Origin: a bacterium
GTDB lineage: Bacteria; Patescibacteriota; Saccharimonadia; CAILAD01; BJGX01
DNA length: 43,085 nt
NCBI GenBank assembly: GCA_037132395.1
Contig: JBAXPC010000003.1
Location: 1-43,085 of the forward strand
Direction of reading: 5' to 3'
Part shown: one piece after another, positions 9,792-18,585 of the stretch
How the letters are laid out: each line of letters opens with the position of its first letter
How positions within the stretch are numbered: position 1 is the first letter of the stretch
Program-made: the position numbers and the translations under genes
The notes under the pieces: model-generated
Databases searched by the model: none
The model's input: only the letters and a program-made list of their open reading frames with translations
What the model was told of the DNA's origin: nothing

Positions 9792-10622
9792 TTACTTTGA
9801 TGCCTCAACGACATTTAGAAGTAAGCATGCCACCGTAACTGGGCCAATACCGCCAGGCACCTTAGATACCATCGAGGCTACTGGCTCGACGCTAGAGTAC
9901 TCGACATCGCCCACTAGCTGACCGTTTTGCTCAGAAGTTCCGGCATCTAAAACTACTGCGCCTGGTTTTATCATTGTGCCAGTAATCAAATTGGCCTGTC
10001 CGGTTGCAGCAATCACAATATCGGCAGATTTTAGTATTTGGCTAGTGTCGGTCGTATTTATATCGATTCCGACAACATCAAGATTTTTATTTTTCATAAT
10101 TATCGATAGCGGTAGGCCGACCAATTTGCCCTGGCCAATGATGACAATACTTTTGCCTTGCAAATCTATCTGGGAGCGCGCGATGAGCTCTAGAATGGCC
10201 CGTGGCGTAGCAGGGATGAGTTTGGCTGAGTTTGCACGAAGCAACTCTAGCGACTGATCACTGAGCCCATCGACATCCTTGCTAGCGGGTATGGCATTGA
10301 GCAGCTCTTGATAACCCTCTAGGCCACGAGTGGGGAGCTGAACGATAATACCATCAACATCCTGATTACCTGACAGGGCAGCCATAGCCGACATGCAGGC
10401 ATCTAAGCTTTGGCCAGTCCAATCTAGAGCTTCGCATGCTATACCCATCTCTTGGGCTCTAGCAAGTTTCAGGCCTATGTAGGTCTTTGAAGCTAGGCTA
10501 GGGTTGTAGCTGACAATTACGAGCTTAGGGACTTTTCCGGTCAGTTTCAAATCATCTACTTCTAGCTCTATTTCGTCCAGAATGGTTTGGGCTATTTTGT
10601 TGCCATCAATTATTTTTGCCAT
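9792..10622 (-). CDS. folD: Methylenetetrahydrofolate dehydrogenase/cyclohydrolase
   Basis: IIDG..IA, GIIVQLP, KDVDGL, PATP, VGLPL, GDV, VPGGIGPVTVA. Confidence 0.93.
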   Translation of the reverse strand: MAKIIDGNKIAQTILDEIELEVDDLKLTGKVPKLVIVSYNPSLASKTYIGLKLARAQEMGIACEALDWTGQSLDACMSAMAALSGNQDVDGIIVQLPTRGLEGYQELLNAIPASKDVDGLSDQSLELLRANSAKLIPATPRAILELIARSQIDLQGKSIVIIGQGKLVGLPLSIIMKNKNLDVVGIDINTTDTSQILKSADIVIAATGQANLITGTMIKPGAVVLDAGTSEQNGQLVGDVEYSSVEPVASMVSKVPGGIGPVTVACLLLNVVEASK

Positions 10623-10716
10623 GAATAGTATTGTAACAAAATTTAGCACGATTGACAGCAGATACTCGCTATGGTATAAATTTATACACTACATCCACAT
10701 AATAATCCCGGGGGGA

Positions 10717-11249
<533 letters not shown>

Positions 11250-11261
11250 GCGAACCTGATA

Positions 11262-11290
11262 ATTATACTATTAAAGCTCTATTCTGTAAA
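11262..11290 (-). promoter_or_regulatory. Sigma70 promoter of tRNA-Val
   Basis: TTTACA-17 nt-TATAAT on the minus strand, just upstream of the tRNA. Confidence 0.8.
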
Positions 11291-11300
11291 TATCAAAAAA
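11268..11300. repeat. 33-bp direct repeat, copy 1 (tRNA-Val promoter -35 and spacer)
   Basis: CTATTAAAGCTCTATTCTGTAAATATCAAAAAA; copy 2 at 11878-11910 differs at one base. Confidence 0.92.
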
Positions 11301-11320
11301 AGACCCCAGAAGGGTTTTTA

Positions 11321-11358
11321 GTTTGAATTTGCAAGGACTGTCCTTGCAAATCTCAAAC
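11321..11358. repeat. Palindrome, copy A
   Basis: GTTTGA-ATTTGCAAGGAC-T-GTCCTTGCAAAT-C-TCAAAC; 27 bp identical to copy B. Confidence 0.92.
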
Positions 11359-11440
11359 ATCCGCTATCAACAGTGTGGATAATTATAAACTAAAGCACCT
11401 CGCTGATGTGTTTAACTTATCGGGCGAGTTGCTGGCATAG

Positions 11441-11809
11441 CTACCATTGCGGTTCGCCGTTAACGGTGTAGGGAACAAGTCGATACAAAGTGTAGTTTTT
11501 TACGGATGATTTGGGCTGTACAAGCTCATAGTCTTTTACGGTGCCGTATTCGCCATCTTTCATAAAAGTTACCAATTCATCATCTTCTTGGAACTTGCCG
11601 CTATATTGCACCAGTTTGTAGCGATTATCAGTGTTGGCAGTGAAATTATAAACCGTAAAGTGACCCTTGTTTGAGACAGTTTCAGTTTTATCTTCATGAA
11701 TTGTAGTCATATTAGTTGCATCAAAGTCTTCTTGCTCATCCCAACTAATACCTCCAATGCCAAAATATTGTTCCAGTAAATTGTTTAATTCTGTGCTGTT
11801 ATTGCTCAT
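11441..11809 (-). CDS. Hypothetical acidic protein (122 aa) inside the palindrome-flanked cassette
   Basis: Clean ORF with its own promoter (TTGCAA-17-TATAGT) and a downstream hairpin at ~11395-11433. No family recognised. Confidence 0.7.
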   Translation of the reverse strand: MSNNSTELNNLLEQYFGIGGISWDEQEDFDATNMTTIHEDKTETVSNKGHFTVYNFTANTDNRYKLVQYSGKFQEDDELVTFMKDGEYGTVKDYELVQPKSSVKNYTLYRLVPYTVNGEPQW

Positions 11810-11850
11810 TGATTTAGTGTTAATTGTTGAAACTATACTATATGAAAATC

Positions 11851-11879
11851 AGATTTGCAAGGACTGTCCTTGCAAATCT
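11851..11879. repeat. Palindrome, copy B (perfect 14-bp arms)
   Basis: AGATTTGCAAGGAC-T-GTCCTTGCAAATCT. Confidence 0.92.
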
Positions 11880-11910
11880 ATTAAAGCTTTATTCTGTAAA
11901 TATCAAAAAA
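11878..11910. repeat. 33-bp direct repeat, copy 2
   Basis: CTATTAAAGCTTTATTCTGTAAATATCAAAAAA. Confidence 0.92.
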
Positions 11911-11932
11911 GCCCCAGGCTGGGCACTTTGTT

Positions 11933-12009
11933 TGGTGCGGGTGAAGAGACTCTAACTCTCGACCTCTTCCTTGGCAAGGAAGCGCTCTAAACAACTGAGC
12001 TACACCCGC
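11933..12009 (-). tRNA. tRNA-Gly(GCC)
   Basis: GCGGGTG acceptor, CTTCC-TTGCCAA-GGAAG anticodon arm, CCA. Atypical D loop (AGTTGTTTA) and T loop (TTAGAGT). Confidence 0.93.
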
Positions 12010-12039
12010 ATGGTGTAATTTAATTAAAAGAATAATTTT

Positions 12040-12115
12040 TGGTGGCGAGACTCGGATTCGAACCGAGGACACGAGGCTCTTCAAGCCACTGCTCTACCAA
12101 CTGAGCTATCCCGCC
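12040..12115 (-). tRNA. tRNA-Phe(GAA)
   Basis: GGCGGGATAGCTCAGTTGGTAGAGC..GTGGC-TTGAAGA-GCCTC..GTTCGAATCC..ACCA; one U-U mismatch in the anticodon stem. Confidence 0.93.
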
Positions 12116-12227
12116 ATTGTTACTTCAATAATGCTACGGCATTTATATTCAATTGGCTAGTAATTTTGAATTGAATTATAAAAAGCGTGCCATTTAAGGA
12201 TATTTGAAAGAGCAAAGTACGCGACTA

Positions 12228-12288
12228 ATCATACCAAAAAACCCGCTAAATTTCTACCCTTTTACAGATTAAGCAAGCAAGGTATAAT
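12228..12288. promoter_or_regulatory. Divergent promoters of the two tRNA operons
   Basis: Minus: TAGAAA(12256-12251)-17-TATGAT(12233-12228). Plus: TTTACA(12261-12266)-16-TATAAT(12283-12288). Confidence 0.6.
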
Positions 12289-12299
12289 ATATGGCACGG

Positions 12300-12373
12300 G
12301 GCGCGTTGGCCGAGTGGTTAGGCAAAGGTCTGCAAAACCTTCTACACCGGTTCAAATCCGGTACGCGCCTCCA
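12300..12373 (+). tRNA. tRNA-Cys(GCA)
   Basis: GGCGCGT acceptor, AAGGT-CTGCAAA-ACCTT, U73 discriminator, CCA. Confidence 0.95.
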
Positions 12374-12393
12374 TAAGATTACACAACTACCGC

Positions 12394-12479
12394 GGGCGAG
12401 TGGTGGAACTGGTATACACGACGGACTTAAAATCCGTTTCCTTTAAGGATTGAGGGTTCGAGTCCCTCCTTGCCCACCA
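12394..12479 (+). tRNA. tRNA-Leu(TAA)
   Basis: ACGGA-CTTAAAA-TCCGT anticodon arm, long variable arm, GTTCGAGTCC, CCA. Confidence 0.95.
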
Positions 12480-12481
12480 TT

Positions 12482-12509
12482 AAAAACCCCCTCTCAGGAG
12501 GGGCTTTTT
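12482..12509 (+). terminator. Intrinsic terminator after tRNA-Leu(TAA)
   Basis: AAAAACCCCCTCTCAGGAGGGGCTTTTT. Confidence 0.75.
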
Positions 12510-12648
12510 AATAATAACACCGCTCTATTATTGGCTTACAGTAATTGGGTTTTAATATAAAAAATGGCAGAAACGGTGAATCGAGATGACTTAGCCGTTA
12601 TATTTTTGCGAGCTAAAAATGACAACAGATATGGTAGAATAACAGATA

Positions 12649-12870
12649 ATGAAAGAAGACTCGCTATTAGATCATTATTTTCAATATAGCACGCAACTAG
12701 ATGAGCTGTTTAGTTACGAACGCTATTTATCATATAACGATCTTTATAACGTTTGTAAAAAATTTGATAACTTAAACATTGAAAGAAAACATTCGTTAAA
12801 AACGACTTTTAAGCTTATAAGTATGTTCAAATCCTATCAAGTACACCAAGCAAATCCGAATACCCCGTAG
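12649..12870 (+). pseudogene. Short AT-rich ORF, possibly the N-terminal remnant of the disrupted helicase
   Basis: TGgTAGAAT -10 lies 8 nt before the ATG; AT-rich like the 13650-14357 fragment. The link to the helicase is inferred. Confidence 0.35.
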
Positions 12871-12963
12871 GATAGAATAGCTGCCGAAGCTCGCAACCTA
12901 GTATGTGAAATTCTGTCCCATGTGGTATAATCATAGCTGAAATTTAACAAAAAGGAGCTATAA

Positions 12964-13632
12964 ATGGGCGAGGATACTAAATTTATTTTTAATAAGCTAT
13001 CATTTTCATTACCAGAGGACTGGTATGAACACTCTGATGTAGCCGACCCACATACCAAACAGTTTGCAATAAATACTCAATCTGGTTCAGTTAAGCTCAC
13101 GACTAAAGAGGTTGACCCATCACAAGCTATGCCATACGGCCAAGACCAAGCAGTAATAGATATAATTCACAAGCAATACGTTGATGATGAAAGTGGGCTT
13201 ATAGAAGTTGCCACTATTGATAATGGTGATTTGCACTCCGTGCATACTGTGTTTAAGCGTCAAGTTAATGACCCTGCAAACCCAATGCTAAAGCTTTTCT
13301 ACACGGCTTCTCTATATGTACATACATCTGCAGGCAAAGTTTACGCATTCCTGTTTCAAGGCCAAGAAGAAGGAATGACAGGTATGCGTGACGCACAAGT
13401 ATTTGCTCAAGCTCAATCACAAGGTGCTGTTACTATTGCGTCTGGCCCTGAAACTGGCCAACCAAAAATGCAGGGTTGGCAACAAGACCCCTATGACCCA
13501 AGCTTTACAAAAGGATTCTTGATGAACCAGTCAGAAAAGGCAGAATATGATAATGCGTTTCCTCAACATCCTTTGTCGCTATTAAGAACTGCGATTAAGA
13601 CGGTTTCGCAAACCGCTAGTGAGGGTAATTAG
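12964..13632 (+). CDS. Hypothetical protein (222 aa)
   Basis: Own promoter (TGgTATAAT) and AAGGAG SD. C-terminal GW..DPYDP....G.LMN.SE..EYD..FP.HPLS..R resembles a conserved uncharacterised family (from recall). Confidence 0.8.
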   Translation: MGEDTKFIFNKLSFSLPEDWYEHSDVADPHTKQFAINTQSGSVKLTTKEVDPSQAMPYGQDQAVIDIIHKQYVDDESGLIEVATIDNGDLHSVHTVFKRQVNDPANPMLKLFYTASLYVHTSAGKVYAFLFQGQEEGMTGMRDAQVFAQAQSQGAVTIASGPETGQPKMQGWQQDPYDPSFTKGFLMNQSEKAEYDNAFPQHPLSLLRTAIKTVSQTASEGN

Positions 13633-13649
13633 ATGCAATTTCAACCTAA

Positions 13650-14357
13650 CGATTAAAACGATTTTATGTTGATGTTGATAGTTACAATTCAAGTAAGCAG
13701 TCAAAGATTAGTCAAGAATCTAAAGCTGTCGATTCAATTTTAACAAGTTTATACGAAAAACATGGACAAGATTTATCCAACAAGTCTATTCAAATAATTT
13801 CACGATATAATTGGGATATAGACACCATATTGGGTAGTACAGAAAAGCGAATATCACCCAACGAGAATTTTGAAAGAGTTGAGTCTAAAGATGATATTAA
13901 CGACAACGATAAAGAGTTGATTATTCAATGGAAAGCAAAACCAAAAAGCCAACCAATAAAATTGACCTTTAGCTCTATGCATAAAGCCAAAGGTATTACC
14001 AGGGATATTGTAATAGTGCTGAACATGAACGCCGGACCAAATGGTATGCCGTCACTACGTTCAAGCGATCCGGTGATAGAGATGCTTCTATCTCACTCGG
14101 ATTCATACCCTTTTGCTGAGGAAAGGCGACTTTTTTATGTCTCTATAACAAGAGTAAAAGAGGCAACTTATGTGGTAGCAGACAGAACAAAGCCATCTCA
14201 ATTCTTATATGAAATATTTGATAATATGTTTGAAGACAGTAAAATGTGCCCGGAGTGCCAGACTGGTGAAGTTGTAGAGAAGAATGGTAAATTTGGTAAG
14301 TTTTATAGTTGTTCCAACTCCAGATATGGCTGTCACTACACAGAAAAATCATATTAA
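13650..14357 (+). pseudogene. C-terminal fragment of a UvrD/helicase IV-like SF1 helicase with topoisomerase-type C4 zinc ribbon
   Basis: Frame open from 13650 with no good start. IISRYN, motif V (SMHKAKG), motif VI (EERRLFYVSITR), CPEC...C....C. No Walker A/B. Confidence 0.8.
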
Positions 14358-14440
14358 CCACGGCAGAGATTAATCCTGACAATTCATTTTATTTGGTACC
14401 CAACAGTAGTATAATAGATATATAAATAATTGGAGGAAAC

Positions 14441-15010
14441 ATGACAGCTCTTTGGATAATACTAGCAATAATTGCGGTTTTGGCGGTAGCACTGTGGGCC
14501 ACCTACAATAGCTTAGTACGCTTGCGTATTAAGGCCGATGAAGCGCTGAGCGACATCACCGTCCAGATGAAGCGCCGTCTTGACCTAATCCCGAACCTCA
14601 TTAGTACCGTCAAAGGTTATGCCAAACACGAAAAGAGCGTACTAGAAAATGTCACCAAAGCCAGATCGGCCGCAATGGACGCCGGCAAGGGTGATATTGC
14701 CAATAAAGCCGAAGCCGACAATATGCTAACCTCGACACTAAAGAGCCTGTTCGCGGTTGCCGAAAGCTACCCAGACCTCAAAGCCAACCAAAACTTTATT
14801 CAACTCCAAACCGAGCTGGCTGACACCGAAGATAAAATTCAGGCTAGTCGCAGACTTTACAATTCGAATGTCACAGATTTCAACACCAAATTGAAAGTTT
14901 TTCCGACTAACTTTATTGGCAACATGCTCGGCTTCAAACCCAGAGACTTTTTTGATGTAGCCGAAGACGAAAAGGATGCCGTTGGCAAAGCTCCGGAAGT
15001 TAAGTTTTAA
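14441..15010 (+). CDS. lemA: LemA family protein
   Basis: TM, YNSLV, KRR.DLIPNL..TVKGYAKHE, AVAESYPDLKANQNF. Confidence 0.95.
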   Translation: MTALWIILAIIAVLAVALWATYNSLVRLRIKADEALSDITVQMKRRLDLIPNLISTVKGYAKHEKSVLENVTKARSAAMDAGKGDIANKAEADNMLTSTLKSLFAVAESYPDLKANQNFIQLQTELADTEDKIQASRRLYNSNVTDFNTKLKVFPTNFIGNMLGFKPRDFFDVAEDEKDAVGKAPEVKF

Positions 15011-15036
15011 AGTATATTTAAGCAGTCTAATAAAAC

Positions 15037-15786
15037 ATGAAAAAAGATAACCGACACATTCCAAAACTCAAGGTATGGAAGCTATACAAGCAAACATTAG
15101 TGGAGTGGAAAAATAACTACCAGGTTTATTTTAAAATCATCTTGATTGTCGCTTTACCGGTCGCAGTGCTGGGCATCTTTCAAAACGATGGCGCACTGGG
15201 TGATTACGGCATCACAACCGCTATAGTTTGGGCTTTTGCATTTATTGCTACCATATCGTTCGCTGCCAACAAATCTAAATTGCAAAACTCAAAACTGGCT
15301 ACGATATATTCTTTTGCCAGCTCTAGGTTTTTGCAATACACGGCAGTTAGCCTTATATTGGCACTATTTGCACTGCCAATATTTTTGAGCCTGCTAGGCA
15401 TGTTTGTGTCTCTGCCGGTTTTTGGTTTTCCTCCAGCAATATTTTTACCTTTATCGGTCGGGAGTTTTTTACTAAGCTCATACTTGCTAGCAAGGTTTGG
15501 ACTAGCTCAAATAATTGTGGTTGCCACTACAAAATCAACTTTTGAATCGCTCAAAAATAGCTCGCTTTTGACTAGTAAAAATAGATGGCGCATATATCTG
15601 GGAACTTTCTTGTTGCTACTGGTGTTTATGCTGGTTCTGACATCGGTGCAATTTTTATTGACGCTCAACCAGTCGGTAGCTCAAAACCAATACATCTCGG
15701 GGCTCGTTAGTGCCATAGAGGCTGCCGTATTTGTGCCGATATTTTTTATATTTCAATCCAAGATGTACAGAGATCTGAATGAATAA
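15037..15786 (+). CDS. Multi-pass membrane protein
   Basis: About 6 TM segments with an ESLKNS..L....RWRI motif typical of uncharacterised CPR membrane proteins. Confidence 0.75.
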   Translation: MKKDNRHIPKLKVWKLYKQTLVEWKNNYQVYFKIILIVALPVAVLGIFQNDGALGDYGITTAIVWAFAFIATISFAANKSKLQNSKLATIYSFASSRFLQYTAVSLILALFALPIFLSLLGMFVSLPVFGFPPAIFLPLSVGSFLLSSYLLARFGLAQIIVVATTKSTFESLKNSSLLTSKNRWRIYLGTFLLLLVFMLVLTSVQFLLTLNQSVAQNQYISGLVSAIEAAVFVPIFFIFQSKMYRDLNE

Positions 15787-17785
15787 AGATCAGGCCAGAG
15801 ACAGAGCCAAAGAGCTCTCTGGCGTAATCAACGACTACCGATATCGTTACCATGTGCTAGGAGATCCGTCGGTCACAGATGAGATTTACCAAAGCCTAAC
15901 CCGTGAATTAGCCAAAATCGAAGAGACCTACCCGGATCTAGTAACGCCCGATTCACCAACTCAGAGGGTCGGTGGTAAGGCTTCGGCAAAATTTAAAAGC
16001 ATTCCACACCAACGCCCAATGCTCAGCTTAAATGACGTTTTCGATATTGCCGAGCTAGAGGCTTGGGAGCAGCGCGTTCATAAGCTCACCCAAAAAACCA
16101 AGCTCGAATATTATATAGAGCTCAAGATGGATGGTCTGGCTATGGCACTGCAGTATGAAAAAGGCCTGTTTGTGCGCGCTATAACGCGCGGCGACGGAAA
16201 GATTGGCGAAGACGTTACTCATACCGTTAAGACAATTCAGACCGTACCACTAAAGTTGCGCCAGAGTAACAAGGTATCGGCTGAGGTTTATGATTTTTTT
16301 GAAATCCGCGGAGAGGTCGTAATACCCAAAAAAGATTTCGACAATATCAACCTTCAGCGAGCCAAAGTTGGCCTGCCATTATTTGCTAACCCGCGTAACG
16401 CCGGAGCGGGTACTGTCCGCCAGCTCGACCCAGCAGTAGCCGCCAGCCGTAATCTAAAATTCGTTGCCTACGCAGTAGAGATGGATCTGCCGGGCCTAAC
16501 TAGCCATGCAGACGAGCACAATATGGCCCGCGAGCTCGGCTTTATGGTGGAGCCAAACGACCAAGTTGTATCGAGTGTGGTAGAGATACGAGCTTATATT
16601 GACAAGTGGTCTGGCGAGCGTCAGAAATTGCCGTACCAGACCGACGGACTCGTCATAACCATCAATAATAATGCCGAATTTGAGGGCCTCGGAGTAGCTG
16701 GCAAGGCACCTCGTGGCGCCGTCGCCTACAAGTACCCGGCCGAAACCGCCACTACAATACTTGAAGATATTAGAGTTAGCATTGGACGCACCGGTGCGGT
16801 TACACCTTATGCAGTTTTGACGCCGGTCAATGTGGCTGGCAGTACCGTTAGACGTGCCACCCTCCATAATGAAGACGAAGTTGCTCGCAAGGACCTGCGC
16901 ATTGGTGATACCGTAATAATTCAAAAGGCTGGCGATATTATCCCCGAAGTGATTGAGGCTATCACCAAGCTCAGAACCGGAAATGAAAAAATATGGAAAA
17001 TGCCAACCAGCATCGATGGTGTTGCTGTGGTGCGCCCCGCCGGTGAGGCAGTGGCCCGACTGGCAGATTTACAAACCGGCGAAATACGCTGGCAACAGCT
17101 TATACATTTTGTGTCAAAATCGGCTTTCGATATTGATGGTCTGGGCGAGAAGATCCTAGCTCAATTAATGGAAGAAGGGCTAGTTGCTAGCGCCGTCGAT
17201 ATTTTTAAACTAACCAAAGACGATCTTCTTGGCCTCGAGAGGTTCGCCGAAACTTCAGCTCAGAACCTTATCGACTCTATTAATGAGCACTCCAAAGTGG
17301 GGCTAGGGAGATTTATATATGCCCTAGGTATTCGCCATGTCGGGTCCAAAACCGCCAACGATATAGCCCAGCACTACCATAGCCTAGCCAAGTTTTTGAT
17401 TGCTCAGCCCGATGAGCTGGCTAGTATCGACGGAGTTGGTGGTGTCGTGTCTGATTCGCTCATCAGTTGGCTTGGGCAGCCCAAAAATATTAGCCTTGTT
17501 GAGCAGCTGCTGGCCCACGGAGTCGTGGTTGCTACCGCCAAGCCAAAAGCCAAAGGCCAACTGACCTCTACAATCTGGGTTTTTACAGGAACTCTGAGCT
17601 CGCTTAGCCGGGAAGAAGCAAGCGCAAAAGTACGAGCGCGAGGAGGGCAGGTAACCAACTCAGTCAGCAGCCAGACTAGCTATGTTGTTTATGGGGCAGA
17701 CCCGGGTAGCAAGTATGATAAGGCCAAAAGCTTAGGCGTGACCACCTTAGACGAGGATAGTTTTATCAAAAAACTCGCCTTGTGA
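15779..17785 (+). CDS. ligA: NAD-dependent DNA ligase
   Basis: ELKMDGLA, TRGDG..GED, EIRGE, ANPRN, AYKY, ATLHN, HhH repeats, BRCT. Confidence 0.97.
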   Translation: MNKDQARDRAKELSGVINDYRYRYHVLGDPSVTDEIYQSLTRELAKIEETYPDLVTPDSPTQRVGGKASAKFKSIPHQRPMLSLNDVFDIAELEAWEQRVHKLTQKTKLEYYIELKMDGLAMALQYEKGLFVRAITRGDGKIGEDVTHTVKTIQTVPLKLRQSNKVSAEVYDFFEIRGEVVIPKKDFDNINLQRAKVGLPLFANPRNAGAGTVRQLDPAVAASRNLKFVAYAVEMDLPGLTSHADEHNMARELGFMVEPNDQVVSSVVEIRAYIDKWSGERQKLPYQTDGLVITINNNAEFEGLGVAGKAPRGAVAYKYPAETATTILEDIRVSIGRTGAVTPYAVLTPVNVAGSTVRRATLHNEDEVARKDLRIGDTVIIQKAGDIIPEVIEAITKLRTGNEKIWKMPTSIDGVAVVRPAGEAVARLADLQTGEIRWQQLIHFVSKSAFDIDGLGEKILAQLMEEGLVASAVDIFKLTKDDLLGLERFAETSAQNLIDSINEHSKVGLGRFIYALGIRHVGSKTANDIAQHYHSLAKFLIAQPDELASIDGVGGVVSDSLISWLGQPKNISLVEQLLAHGVVVATAKPKAKGQLTSTIWVFTGTLSSLSREEASAKVRARGGQVTNSVSSQTSYVVYGADPGSKYDKAKSLGVTTLDEDSFIKKLAL

Positions 17786-17805
17786 TACAATAAGCATAAC
17801 AAATT

Positions 17806-18540
17806 ATGATTCAAATCAATAAAAAACAAACAAAAAAATCAACCACTCGAAACAAAAATACCTTATATTGCTTCAGCCCTCTGGTGATGATAATTACCTT
17901 CGTCGTCGAAATCGCTCTAGCGATTTATACTTTTGCACGCATCAAGCCTTCGAGGGTTAAGAATATAATTTTGGCTTCATTGGTTCTGCTAGCACTATTT
18001 CAGCTCGCCGAATTTTTTGTTTGCGGAAAGTATAGTAGCTTCACCACTGATGCGTCGTCGCGTATAGGCTTCATGGCAATTACTTTTTTACCGGCCCTAG
18101 GAGTTACCTTGGCCAACGAAATATCTGGCCGCAAAAACCATTGGTCGAGCGCATTGGTGCTACTTACGGCAACAGGCTTTGCGGTGTTTTTTGGTTTTGC
18201 TCCAAGTGCTATCAATAACTCTATATGCACCGGCAATTATGTGATATTTGCTTTGTCCGAAACAGCCACAGCAGTGTACTCTAGCTATTACTTTGGGCTA
18301 TTATTGATAACCCTCGCTATTGTTTTTGTGATGTCTATAAAGCAAAAATCTAAAGTTAGACGCAACTCACTACACTGGCTTGGTATCGGAACTCTATCGT
18401 TTCTAGTCCCGACCGGAATTGTATACTGGATAATCCCATCGTCTGAGCTGGCGATACCGTCGGTAATGTGTGGTTTTGCAATTATTTATGCAGTTATTTT
18501 GGCTTTTATAATTGCTCCTCGGGCCTCCTCGGCAAAATAA
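17806..18540 (+). CDS. 7-TM membrane protein of unknown function
   Basis: Seven hydrophobic helices with FQLAEFFVC and SVMCGFA motifs. Confidence 0.75.
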   Translation: MIQINKKQTKKSTTRNKNTLYCFSPLVMIITFVVEIALAIYTFARIKPSRVKNIILASLVLLALFQLAEFFVCGKYSSFTTDASSRIGFMAITFLPALGVTLANEISGRKNHWSSALVLLTATGFAVFFGFAPSAINNSICTGNYVIFALSETATAVYSSYYFGLLLITLAIVFVMSIKQKSKVRRNSLHWLGIGTLSFLVPTGIVYWIIPSSELAIPSVMCGFAIIYAVILAFIIAPRASSAK

Positions 18541-18585
18541 CATCACAAGTACTAATCTCGGCCAGAATCTGGTAAAATAACAGAT

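Noticed and set aside
11374-11382. Perfect DnaA box TGTGGATAA inside the cassette
   Set aside because: Single copy with no cluster, unwinding element or dnaA nearby; not evidence of an origin.
11321-11440. Integron attC interpretation of the palindrome and downstream hairpin
   Set aside because: No RYYYAAC...GTTRRRY pair in the correct order on the gene strand, and no integron integrase in the window.
11327-11879. CRISPR interpretation of the two 27-bp palindromic repeats
   Set aside because: Only two copies, about 500 bp apart and enclosing a gene; no cas genes.
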